Below are positions 1 through 8,126 of a stretch of DNA of 43,148 nt, piece after piece (positions within the stretch are counted from its first letter, which is position 1; each line of letters opens with the position of its first letter). Source of the DNA: Candidatus Bipolaricaulia bacterium (GTDB lineage: Bacteria > Bipolaricaulota > Bipolaricaulia > RBG-16-55-9 > DRXL01). The notes under the pieces are model-generated. The model had not been told where the DNA came from and ran no database searches. It saw only the letters and a list, made by a program, of their open reading frames with translations. The position numbers were made by a program, and so were the translations under genes. The stretch covers positions 1-43,148 of the forward strand of contig JBKBIX010000002.1 of assembly GCA_046293845.1 (NCBI GenBank), given 5' to 3'.

Positions 1-2993
1 GATACTGGACGATGAAGGGCTATTATGTCCTGCGCAAGGGCGGCTGGGACACTCACGGCCTGCCCGTCGAACTTGAAGTCGAAAAGAGCCTCGGGCTGCA
101 GAGCAAGGCCGAGATCGAAAAGTTCGGGCTCGATAAATTTGCCCAGAAGTGCCGCGAGAGCGTCTGGCTCTATAAGAACGAGTGGGAGAGGTTCATCCAG
201 CGCATGGGCTTCTGGATCGATCTGGAGAACGCGTATATCACATATACGGACGAGTACATCGAGAGCGTCTGGTGGGCCCTGAAGAAGATTTGGGAGAAGG
301 GGCTGCTGTATAAAGGGCACAAGGTGTTGCCCTACTGTCCGCGCTGCGGCACAGCGCTCAGCTCGCACGAGGTCGCCCAGGGCTACGAGACCGTGCAAGA
401 CCCGTCTATCTTCTTTAAGTTAAGGGTGCAACCTAACCCCCAAGCTCGGCTGGGGGAGAGGTCCTACTTTCTCGTCTGGACGACGACCCCCTGGACGGTG
501 CCTAGCAACGTCGCGCTCGCCGTCGGGCCAAAGTTCACGTACGCCCTAGTCAAAGTCGGCGCTGAGACGCTCATCCTCGCACGGGACTTAGTAGAATCTG
601 TCATCAAGGAGCCGCACGAGGTGCTCGAGACGTTGACAGGGGCCGAGCTCGTCGGGATGCGCTACGAGCCGGCGTATAAGCTGAGCGACGATCCCGACGC
701 GTATCGCGTCGTGGCGGCAGATTTTGTCTCGCTTGAGGACGGCACGGGGATCGTGCACATCGCTCCGGCGTTTGGGGAGGAGGACTATCAGGTTGGGCAG
801 GCTGAAAAGTTGCCGTTCGTCAACCCCGTGGACGCAGAGGGAAAGTTCACAAAGGAATTCCCCTTGGCTGCAGGGCAGTTCGTCAAAGACGCCGATGCTG
901 TCATCATTCAAGATTTGAAGCGGCGTGGGCTGCTGTATAAGTCGGGCAAGTACGAGCACGAGTATCCGTTCTGCTGGCGCTGCAAGACGCCGTTGCTCTA
1001 CTACGCCCGCGACTCGTACTTCATCAAGACGATTGCCAAGCAGAGAGAGATTATTGAGAACAACAAGCACATTCACTGGCACCCGGAGCACTTCCGCGAC
1101 GGGCGCTTTGGCAATTTCTTAGAAACCCTAAAAGATTGGGCGATCTCGCGGGACCGCTACTGGGGGACGCCGTTGCCGTTGTGGGTCTGTGAGCGGTGTC
1201 AGAAGGAGCATTGCGTCGGGAGCCGCCACGAGCTCGTTGAGTTAGCTTTAGATAAAGAGCAGGCGCGCACGGTCGAGTTCCATCGCCCTTGGATCGACGA
1301 AGTCGTGCTGCAGTGCTCCTGCGGCGGCACGATGCGCCGCGTCCCCTATGTCATAGATTGTTGGTTCGACTCCGGGATGATGCACACCGCCCAATGGCAC
1401 TACCCCTTCGAGAACCACGAGATCTTTAAGCAGCAGTTCCCAGCGGACTTCATCGCTGAGGGGGTCGATCAAACGCGCGGCTGGTTCTATTCGCTGCTAG
1501 TAACCAGCACCCTGCTCTATGAAGATCACCCGTACCCGCACCCGTTCAAGCACGTCGTGGTGAACTTGATGGGCTTGGATGCCCAAGGCCGCAAGATGAG
1601 CAAGAGCTTGGGCAATGTGATCGATCCCTGGGATATGATCAACCGCTTTGGTGCGGATGCCGTGCGCTGGTATTTCTACTCGTCGAGCGCCCCGTGGAAG
1701 GACAAGCGCCTGTCGCTCCAAGCGGTCGCCGACTTCCAAGGGCCGCTGGAGACCTTAAAGAATGTCTACAGCTTCTTTGCGCTCTATGCGGGGATTGATA
1801 GATTTGAGCCGGCCCTCACCCCCAGCCCCTCTCCCCTCCGAGGGAGAGGGGAAGGGGTGAGGGCTTTGCTCGATCGCTGGATCCTCTCACGGTTGCACAC
1901 GACGATCCGCAGCGTCACCCAATCCCTGGACGCCTACGACATCGTCGAGGCCACCGAGGCGCTCAAGCAGTTCATAGACGATCTGAGCAATTGGTACGTG
2001 CGCAATTCGCGTGCGCGGTTTTGGGGCAACCAGTGGACAGCTGATAAGATCGCGGCGTTCACGACGCTCTATGAAGTCTTGCTCGAGCTTGTCAAGCTCA
2101 TGGCGCCGTTTGTGCCGTTCTTGGCAGAGGCGATCTATCAGAATTTAAAGACGGAGAGAATGCCCGAGAGCGTCCATCTGTGCGCCTGGCCGCACTATGA
2201 TGAGAGCCTCTACGATGCAGAGCTGGAAGCGCAGATGAAGCGGGCGCGCCAGATCGTCACTGCAGGGTTGCAGGCGCGCAACAAGGCGCAGGTAAAAGTG
2301 CGCCAGCCGTTGTCTGTGGCGGTCGTGCTCAGTGAGAGCCAGGCGCTGGATGCGGAGTATCAGCATCTCATCAGACAAGAACTGAACGTCAAGAGGCTCG
2401 CATGGCTGAGGGACGAGCAGCTCTTTGCGTTCTACACGCCCAAGATCGAATACGAGAAGGCCGCGCTGGGGAAGGACTTCCGCGGCTTTGCCCCGAAAGT
2501 GATGGACGTGCTGGAGCACCTCAACAGGGCCGAGCATGAACGGCGTGTACACCTTGTTCAAGAGCTGAAGGCGCAGAAGAGGCTCCGCCTGAGCGTTGAC
2601 GGCCAAGAAGTCGATCTGCTTGAAGGGACGCATGTGCGGGTAACACTGCTTCCCCAAGAGGGCTACGTCGAGGGCGCCGAAGGCGACGTGAGAGTGCTGC
2701 TTGATATCCGTATTGATGAGGCGTTGCGCCAGGAGGGCCTGGTGCGCGAGTTTGTGCGTTTAGTCCAAGAGTGCCGGAAAGAAGCGGGCTTTGAGGTCTC
2801 GGATCGCATTGAGCTGTACTACGAAGCTGACCAGGAAGTGCAAGCAGCGCTGGAGAAGTACGCCCGGCACGTCCAAGAGGAGACGCTCGCGGTCACGCTG
2901 CAGCGCGACAGCTCGTTCCGCAGAGTTGAGTTCACCAAGGAGCTCGATGTCAATGGGTATAAGGCCAAAGTAGGGCTTAGAAGATCAAAGTGA
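1..2993 (+). CDS. ileS: Isoleucyl-tRNA synthetase, 5' end outside the window
   Basis: The reading frame is open from nt 3 (YWT-MKGYYV...). It carries GWDTHGLPVE, a KMSKSLGN class I aaRS motif and a long C-terminal extension typical of type-2 IleRS. It contains the in-frame palindromic insert at 1812-1864. Confidence 0.95.
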   Translation, partial: YWTMKGYYVLRKGGWDTHGLPVELEVEKSLGLQSKAEIEKFGLDKFAQKCRESVWLYKNEWERFIQRMGFWIDLENAYITYTDEYIESVWWALKKIWEKGLLYKGHKVLPYCPRCGTALSSHEVAQGYETVQDPSIFFKLRVQPNPQARLGERSYFLVWTTTPWTVPSNVALAVGPKFTYALVKVGAETLILARDLVESVIKEPHEVLETLTGAELVGMRYEPAYKLSDDPDAYRVVAADFVSLEDGTGIVHIAPAFGEEDYQVGQAEKLPFVNPVDAEGKFTKEFPLAAGQFVKDADAVIIQDLKRRGLLYKSGKYEHEYPFCWRCKTPLLYYARDSYFIKTIAKQREIIENNKHIHWHPEHFRDGRFGNFLETLKDWAISRDRYWGTPLPLWVCERCQKEHCVGSRHELVELALDKEQARTVEFHRPWIDEVVLQCSCGGTMRRVPYVIDCWFDSGMMHTAQWHYPFENHEIFKQQFPADFIAEGVDQTRGWFYSLLVTSTLLYEDHPYPHPFKHVVVNLMGLDAQGRKMSKSLGNVIDPWDMINRFGADAVRWYFYSSSAPWKDKRLSLQAVADFQGPLETLKNVYSFFALYAGIDRFEPALTPSPSPLRGRGEGVRALLDRWILSRLHTTIRSVTQSLDAYDIVEATEALKQFIDDLSNWYVRNSRARFWGNQWTADKIAAFTTLYEVLLELVKLMAPFVPFLAEAIYQNLKTERMPESVHLCAWPHYDESLYDAELEAQMKRARQIVTAGLQARNKAQVKVRQPLSVAVVLSESQALDAEYQHLIRQELNVKRLAWLRDEQLFAFYTPKIEYEKAALGKDFRGFAPKVMDVLEHLNRAEHERRVHLVQELKAQKRLRLSVDGQEVDLLEGTHVRVTLLPQEGYVEGAEGDVRVLLDIRIDEALRQEGLVREFVRLVQECRKEAGFEVSDRIELYYEADQEVQAALEKYARHVQEETLAVTLQRDSSFRRVEFTKELDVNGYKAKVGLRRSK
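1812..1864 (+). repeat. 53-nt GC-rich palindromic repeat element, copy A, in frame in ileS
   Basis: GCCCTCACCCCCAGCCCCTCTCCCCTCCGAGGGAGAGGGGAAGGGGTGAGGGC. The arms pair as 11 bp, a small internal loop and 10 bp around a 6-nt loop. The 3' 36 nt are identical to 39966-40001. Confidence 0.8.
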
Positions 2994-2999
2994 TGTGCT

Positions 3000-3200
3000 A
3001 TGCAGCTCTGGCAAGCGTACGCTGATAAACTTTCAGATAAGCTTTTAGATGCGGGCAACATCACATTTGGGGCATTAGTGGTTGGGCAGTTGTTGAGCGG
3101 GCAGCCCTTCCGCTGGGAGTTCGCCATCTTAGGCCTCTTCGCTGGTATAGGGTTTTACACAGCTGCTTTTCTCGTGCTAAAATGGAGCCGAAAGGAGTAA
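3000..3200 (+). CDS. Hypothetical small membrane protein (66 aa, two hydrophobic segments)
   Basis: An ORF directly after ileS with two TM-like stretches. There is no clear SD and no recognisable family. Confidence 0.35.
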   Translation: MQLWQAYADKLSDKLLDAGNITFGALVVGQLLSGQPFRWEFAILGLFAGIGFYTAAFLVLKWSRKE

Positions 3201-3202
3201 CT

Positions 3203-3304
3203 ATGTGGCCGCTCATTACCATGATTGTAGGGGCTGTTGTAGCTGCTTTTGTCCTAGCGCTCCTTGTACGCTATCAAGTAAGCAAGGAGCGTAAAGCACC
3301 TTGA
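3203..3304 (+). CDS. Hypothetical 33-aa single-TM peptide (MWPLITMIVGAVVAAFVLALLVRYQVSKERKAP)
   Basis: Hand-translated and below the ORF-track cutoff. AAAGGAG sits 5 nt upstream of the ATG, embedded in the end of the previous ORF. Confidence 0.3.
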   Translation: MWPLITMIVGAVVAAFVLALLVRYQVSKERKAP

Positions 3305-3319
3305 CAGGCTACACTCATA

Positions 3320-4039
3320 ATGCTTTATCGCATTGAGCGTTTTCGTTTGCTCGACTCGACCAATGAGTATCTCAAGGAGCTTGCAGAGTCCGGCGCGCCC
3401 GAAGGCACGGTCATCATCGCTGCGGAGCAAACAGCAGGCAAAGGGCGCCGGGGACGAAGCTGGGCTTCTCCCCCGGGCGGCGCGTGGTTCTCCGTGTTGC
3501 TGCGGCCGCCACTCTCCGTCGAGCAAGCGGGCTGTATTGCCATCTTGGTTGCTGTCTCGCTCGCACGCGCTCTACGGGAGCGCTGGGGAGTGCCTGTGGG
3601 CGTCAAGTGGCCTAATGATCTGTATGTCAATAATAAGAAGCTCGGCGGGATTTTGGTCGAGCTGAGCAGCCAAGCTCATCAGATCCAATGGCTCATTGCT
3701 GGCATCGGGATCAATGTGAATAACGAGCTTCCGACGCGCCTTCCGGCTACTTCGCTTTTGTGTGAGCTGGGCCGGGCTATCGCGCTTGATGAGTTTTTCG
3801 AGGTAGCTTTAGAAGCGCTCGCGCGCGATTATGAGAGATTTCTCTCAGAAGGGTGTGAGTTTGTGCGCACGGCATGGCAACAGCTGTCGGTGCTGCCCCA
3901 GCGCATTGGGGTCCTCAAGGGAGCAGAAAAGTTCGAAGCCGAAGTGCTGGGGCTTTCCGAATTTGGTAGACTGGTCGTGCGCATGGCTGAAGGGGTGCGC
4001 GAACTTGCTAGCGAGGAAGTGACAGTATGCCCGCAGTAG
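3320..4039 (+). CDS. birA: Biotin--[acetyl-CoA-carboxylase] ligase, group I (no N-terminal HTH)
   Basis: It has the GKGRRGRSW biotin-protein ligase motif and a KWPNDLY segment. At 239 aa it starts directly at the catalytic domain. Confidence 0.85.
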   Translation: MLYRIERFRLLDSTNEYLKELAESGAPEGTVIIAAEQTAGKGRRGRSWASPPGGAWFSVLLRPPLSVEQAGCIAILVAVSLARALRERWGVPVGVKWPNDLYVNNKKLGGILVELSSQAHQIQWLIAGIGINVNNELPTRLPATSLLCELGRAIALDEFFEVALEALARDYERFLSEGCEFVRTAWQQLSVLPQRIGVLKGAEKFEAEVLGLSEFGRLVVRMAEGVRELASEEVTVCPQ

Positions 4040-5337
4040 CTGTTTTGGGTGCTCAGTGGGGCGATGAAGGCAAAGGGAAGGTGGTGCATCTGCTTGCGCG
4101 CCACGCTGACTATTGCGTGCGTTTCAACGGGGGCACCAACGCCGGGCATCGCGTCGTCACCAGTCGCATTCCCGCGCTCGTGGGGGCACACGGTGAAGAA
4201 GTGCCACCAGAGACTCACGAGTTCAAGTTTCACTTGATCCCATCTGGAGCGCTCCACGAGAACTGTGCTGGGGTCCTAGCTCACGGCATGGTCATTGACC
4301 CCTACGCGCTCGTCCAGGAGCTGAACGCCCTGCGCGAGCTGCGCGGCAGCGAACCCGAGATCTACATCAGCGCGAACGCACATCTGCTCATGCCCTATCA
4401 CCCTATCATTGAGAGGTTAGAAGGCTCCCAGACGGCGCTCGATACGACGGCCAAGGGGATCGGTCCGGCCTACCGCGATAAAGCTGCGCGCATTGGGCTG
4501 AGAATGTCCGATCTGCTCTTCCCACAGAAATTCGCAGAGAAGCTCTCGGCGGTCTTAGAGCGCTATCAGAGGCTCTGGCCCGACCAGCCAGAGCTGAAGC
4601 GTCTTCGGGCTGATGGGCTCGCCGATGAAGTGCTCAAGCTTTCAGAAGATTTTCGGGATCGCATTGTAGACACGGTGCAGCTCCTGCACGATGCGCTCAA
4701 TCAGAACAAATATATAATTTTTGAGGGTGCCCAAGCGGCTTTGCTCGATCTTGATCTGGGGACGTATCCGTATGTGACGTCCTCGACCCCAACGATCGGC
4801 GGGATCGGCTCTGGGGCCGGAGTGCCTCCTCACAAGATCGATCGGATCATAGGCGTAGCCAAGGCGTATGCGACTCGTGTAGGCCACGGGCCGTTCCCCA
4901 CAGAAGCTCGTGACAGCTTTGGGGAGCGCCTGCGCACTCAAGGGCAGGAGTTCGGCACCACGACGGGGCGGCCACGACGGTGTGGCTGGCTCGATTTAGT
5001 TGCCCTGCGCTACGCGACAACGATCAACGGCTTTACGGAGATCGCTCTAACGAAGCTTGACGTGCTCACAGGCTTTGCTGAGATCCCCATCGCCACGAGC
5101 TATCGCTATCACGGAAGAGTTCTGCATGAGTTTCCTACGGTCTGCGAGATCCTGCAAGAGTGCGAGCCCGTCTACGAACGATTGCCTGGCTGGCAGGAGC
5201 CGCTCTCGAACTGTCGGGATTTCTCCGAGCTTCCCCCAGCAGCACAAAGATATATACAGCTGGTCGAGGACGAGGTTGGCGTCCCCATCTCGATGATCTC
5301 CGTTGGCCCAGGGGAAGAGCAGAACTTGTGGCGGTAG
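4027..5337 (+). CDS. purA: Adenylosuccinate synthetase
   Basis: Motifs QWGDEGKGK, GGTNAGH, HLIPSG and TTGRPRRCGWLD. It overlaps birA by 13 nt. It has an extra roughly 16 aa between AGH and HLIPSG. Confidence 0.95.
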   Translation: MPAVAVLGAQWGDEGKGKVVHLLARHADYCVRFNGGTNAGHRVVTSRIPALVGAHGEEVPPETHEFKFHLIPSGALHENCAGVLAHGMVIDPYALVQELNALRELRGSEPEIYISANAHLLMPYHPIIERLEGSQTALDTTAKGIGPAYRDKAARIGLRMSDLLFPQKFAEKLSAVLERYQRLWPDQPELKRLRADGLADEVLKLSEDFRDRIVDTVQLLHDALNQNKYIIFEGAQAALLDLDLGTYPYVTSSTPTIGGIGSGAGVPPHKIDRIIGVAKAYATRVGHGPFPTEARDSFGERLRTQGQEFGTTTGRPRRCGWLDLVALRYATTINGFTEIALTKLDVLTGFAEIPIATSYRYHGRVLHEFPTVCEILQECEPVYERLPGWQEPLSNCRDFSELPPAAQRYIQLVEDEVGVPISMISVGPGEEQNLWR

Positions 5338-5382
5338 GGGATATGTTTCGAATTCCCGCAAGGGATTGGTATTATTCTGAAC

Positions 5383-5412
5383 TTGACTTTAGCCTTCCCC
5401 ACGGATTATAAT
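5383..5412 (+). promoter_or_regulatory. Sigma70-like promoter, TTGACT-18-TATAAT
   Basis: -35 TTGACT at 5383-5388 and a perfect -10 TATAAT at 5407-5412, about 30 nt upstream of the SD/ATG at 5443. Confidence 0.55.
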
Positions 5413-5442
5413 AAAAAGCTTGTGAGCTTTAAAGGGGGTCCT

Positions 5443-5634
5443 ATGAGCAAAGCGGCGCGCATCGTAAGCGGGAGTGTGATCGGCCTCACAACGCTGAGTC
5501 GTGTCGGTGTGGCCCAACAAGCGAATCCCTACCAACTCAGCGGCCAAGAGATGGTCTTCATCTTGATGCTTGTCTTGTTTGTCATCGGTGGTTGGGTGTG
5601 GTACGAGTGGATTCGCAAGAGCAAGGCTTCGTGA
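5443..5634 (+). CDS. Hypothetical small membrane/secreted protein (63 aa)
   Basis: The ATG at 5443 is preceded by AAAGGGGG. The product has an N-terminal hydrophobic segment and a C-terminal TM (VFILMLVLFVIGGWVWY). The track start at 5383 lies inside the promoter, so it was rejected. Confidence 0.5.
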   Translation: MSKAARIVSGSVIGLTTLSRVGVAQQANPYQLSGQEMVFILMLVLFVIGGWVWYEWIRKSKAS

Positions 5635-5734
5635 AGTCATTGCATCCAGGGAGCAGGGGGTGCTATTATCCCTACCTCATCCCTGGAAGCGGCCTAGCGA
5701 GATCTTCTTGCTAGGTCGGAACCCCCTTTCCCGC

Positions 5735-5768
5735 GGGACGGCCCCCCCAGGCCGTCCCGTTCTCTTTA
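5735..5768 (+). terminator. Intrinsic terminator-like hairpin
   Basis: GGGACGGCC (5735-5743), loop CCCCCA, GGCCGTCCC (5750-5758), followed by GTTCTCTTTA. Confidence 0.6.
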
Positions 5769-5883
5769 TACATTTATACAGCTGTCTTATAGAACTGTCA
5801 ATTTTTTTTGATGAAGATCAATAATAGCCATGATGGGCGTCATGGATCATATAGCCCAAGACCTCTAAGATAGTCGTGAACTG

Positions 5884-7236
5884 ATGACGAAAGGGGGCTG
5901 CATGAGCATCGTGACAAGCCCGCAGAAAACACCTGCGATCTACCAAGAGATCCATCCGCCCTTTGACGAGTTTACAGCAGCTATAGAAGCCGACCGATGT
6001 CTGGAGTGTGGGGGACCATATGCCCCCGCTCCGTGTACGGCAGCGTGTCCGGCGCGCGTTCCCGTCCCCCAATTCATCCGCGCCATCCGCGAGGGCCGCC
6101 CCGACGAAGCCGCCCGACTCATCTTCGAAGCCAATATCTTAGGAGGCAGCTGCGCGCGCGTCTGCCCTGTGGAGGAGCTGTGCGAGGGCGCGTGCGTGCT
6201 CCGCAAGGAGGGGCGTCGTGCCGTCTCCATCGGGCGGCTGCAACGCTATGCGACTGATGTCGCGCTCGCGCACCAGATGAATTTCTTCGCCCGTCCGATG
6301 TGGAAGCCCCAGAGCGTTGGGGTTGTGGGGGCCGGACCGGCAGGATTAGCGTGCGCTGCGGAGTTAGCCAAGCTCGGCTACGAAGTCGTCGTCTACGAGA
6401 GCCGGCCGGAGCCAGGAGGGCTTATCACTTCAGCTATTGCACCCTACAAGCAGATGAAAGACCCGCTGCCCGCCGAAGTGACGATGCTCGAGCGCTTGGG
6501 CGTCAAGCTGCGCTATGGGGTCACCGTCGGAAGAGATATCTCTCTCGAAGAGCTGGAGCACAAGCATCATGCGATCTTTCTTGGGGTCGGCTTGGGAGCC
6601 GACACCAAGGCGCGCATCCCTGGGGAGGAGCTAGCTGGTGTCTGGGATTCTCTAAAATTTATTGAGGAGCTTAAGCGCGAGCGTCTGCCGAAGATCGGCC
6701 CAACTGTCGCAGTGATTGGGGGAGGCAATACAGCGATCGACGTGGCCCGCGAGTCTGTGCGCCTTGGCGCGACGAACGTCATGGTGCTCTATCGTCGTAC
6801 GGAAGACCAGATGCCGGCGTTCAAGCACGAGGTCAAAGCGGCGCGTAAAGAGGGCGTGCACTTCTATTGGCTCACCGCGCCGGTGCGGCTGCTTGGCGAC
6901 GGCAAGGTGAGAGCCATTGAGTGTATTCATATGAAGCTGGGCGCGCCGGACAAGTCGGGCCGCCCAGCCCCTGAACCCGTCCCCGGCACGGAGTTCACGC
7001 TCGAAGTCGACACCGTGATCAAGGCGATCGGGCAAGAGAAGCGCGTCGAGTTCTTCAAGACCCTAGGGGTGGAGACCGAAGGCGGCTTGGTCAAAGTGAA
7101 CGAGAACTTTCAGACGAGCCGTGAAAAATTCTTCGCTGGTGGCGACTGCGTCAACGGCGGTGCGACGGTCGTCGAGGCGGTGCGGCACGGGAAGATCGCT
7201 GCGCAGGGGATCGCACAGTTTCTCGCCAAGGGGTGA
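5884..7236 (+). CDS. GltD/NfnB/SudA-family NAD(P)H-dependent iron-sulfur flavoprotein (glutamate synthase small-subunit-like)
   Basis: N-terminal Cys clusters (CLECGGPYAPAPCTAACP, CARVCPVEELCEGAC), then GAGPAGL and GGGNTAID dinucleotide folds. The ATG at 5902 with AAGGGGG upstream is an alternative start. Confidence 0.85.
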   Translation: MTKGGCMSIVTSPQKTPAIYQEIHPPFDEFTAAIEADRCLECGGPYAPAPCTAACPARVPVPQFIRAIREGRPDEAARLIFEANILGGSCARVCPVEELCEGACVLRKEGRRAVSIGRLQRYATDVALAHQMNFFARPMWKPQSVGVVGAGPAGLACAAELAKLGYEVVVYESRPEPGGLITSAIAPYKQMKDPLPAEVTMLERLGVKLRYGVTVGRDISLEELEHKHHAIFLGVGLGADTKARIPGEELAGVWDSLKFIEELKRERLPKIGPTVAVIGGGNTAIDVARESVRLGATNVMVLYRRTEDQMPAFKHEVKAARKEGVHFYWLTAPVRLLGDGKVRAIECIHMKLGAPDKSGRPAPEPVPGTEFTLEVDTVIKAIGQEKRVEFFKTLGVETEGGLVKVNENFQTSREKFFAGGDCVNGGATVVEAVRHGKIAAQGIAQFLAKG

Positions 7237-7242
7237 TGCTCA

Positions 7243-7803
7243 ATGATCGAGATTCGCTGGCATGGGCGCGGCGGCCAAGGAGCGAAGACAGTCTCACAGC
7301 TATTAGCTGGGGCCGCGCTGCGACGCGGACGCTATGTCCAAGCCTTCCCCGAATACGGCCCAGAGCGCAGTGGCGCCCCCGTCAAAGCGTTCACTCGTCT
7401 AGATACGAAAGAGATTCGTCTGCACTGTAGCGTCTACGAGCCGGACATCGTCGTCGTGCTCGACCCGACACTGTTGCACTCCGCCCGCGTGACCGAAGGG
7501 CTGAAGCGCCACGGGGTCCTGCTCGTCAACACCTCGCAAAGCCCTGATGAAATCCGTCGGCAGACGGGCTTTGCCGGTAAGATCATCACGCTTGATGCCG
7601 AAACGCTTGCGCGCTCCGTGGGTGCACGCTTCTCTAATGTTGTGATGCTTGGGGCCTTAGCGCGCGTGCTCGGCGATATCCCCCTTGACGAGATAGAACA
7701 CGAATTCGCTCAGGCGTTCGGCGAGAAGGCGCTGGCGACCAATATCGCGGCGCTGCACGCGGGCTTTTCCGCCATAGAAGAGCCCGCATTGGAGGCACGA
7801 TGA
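7243..7803 (+). CDS. porG: Pyruvate/2-oxoacid:ferredoxin oxidoreductase, gamma subunit
   Basis: GRGGQGAKTVSQLLA motif. It is the first gene of a gamma-delta-alpha-beta cluster. Confidence 0.85.
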   Translation: MIEIRWHGRGGQGAKTVSQLLAGAALRRGRYVQAFPEYGPERSGAPVKAFTRLDTKEIRLHCSVYEPDIVVVLDPTLLHSARVTEGLKRHGVLLVNTSQSPDEIRRQTGFAGKIITLDAETLARSVGARFSNVVMLGALARVLGDIPLDEIEHEFAQAFGEKALATNIAALHAGFSAIEEPALEAR

Positions 7804-8126
7804 AACGCTATCAAGAGCTGCCCATCGGTGGGGTCATCCCCGGCGGGGCGACGCCCCAGCTCGTCCAGACCGGAAGCTGGCGCTCCGGGAAAAAGCCCGC
7901 CTTCAATGAGAAGCTCTGTGTGAATTGTCTGCTCTGCTGGGTGCACTGCCCCGAAGCGACAATCCTCGTCGAGCGCGCTCAGATGCGCGGCATCAGCTAT
8001 GATCACTGCAAGGGGTGCGGCATCTGCTCGCAATCTTGTCCCACAGGTGCTATCACGATGGTCCCCGAGACCGCCGATGACCCGCAGTCGCCCCAGCAGG
8101 AAGTCGGTGAGGAAGTATGCGCCTAG
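7800..8126 (+). CDS. porD: Pyruvate/2-oxoacid:ferredoxin oxidoreductase, delta (2x[4Fe-4S]) subunit
   Basis: CVNCLLCWVHCP and CKGCGICSQSCP motifs. Its start overlaps the porG stop. Confidence 0.85.
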   Translation: MKRYQELPIGGVIPGGATPQLVQTGSWRSGKKPAFNEKLCVNCLLCWVHCPEATILVERAQMRGISYDHCKGCGICSQSCPTGAITMVPETADDPQSPQQEVGEEVCA

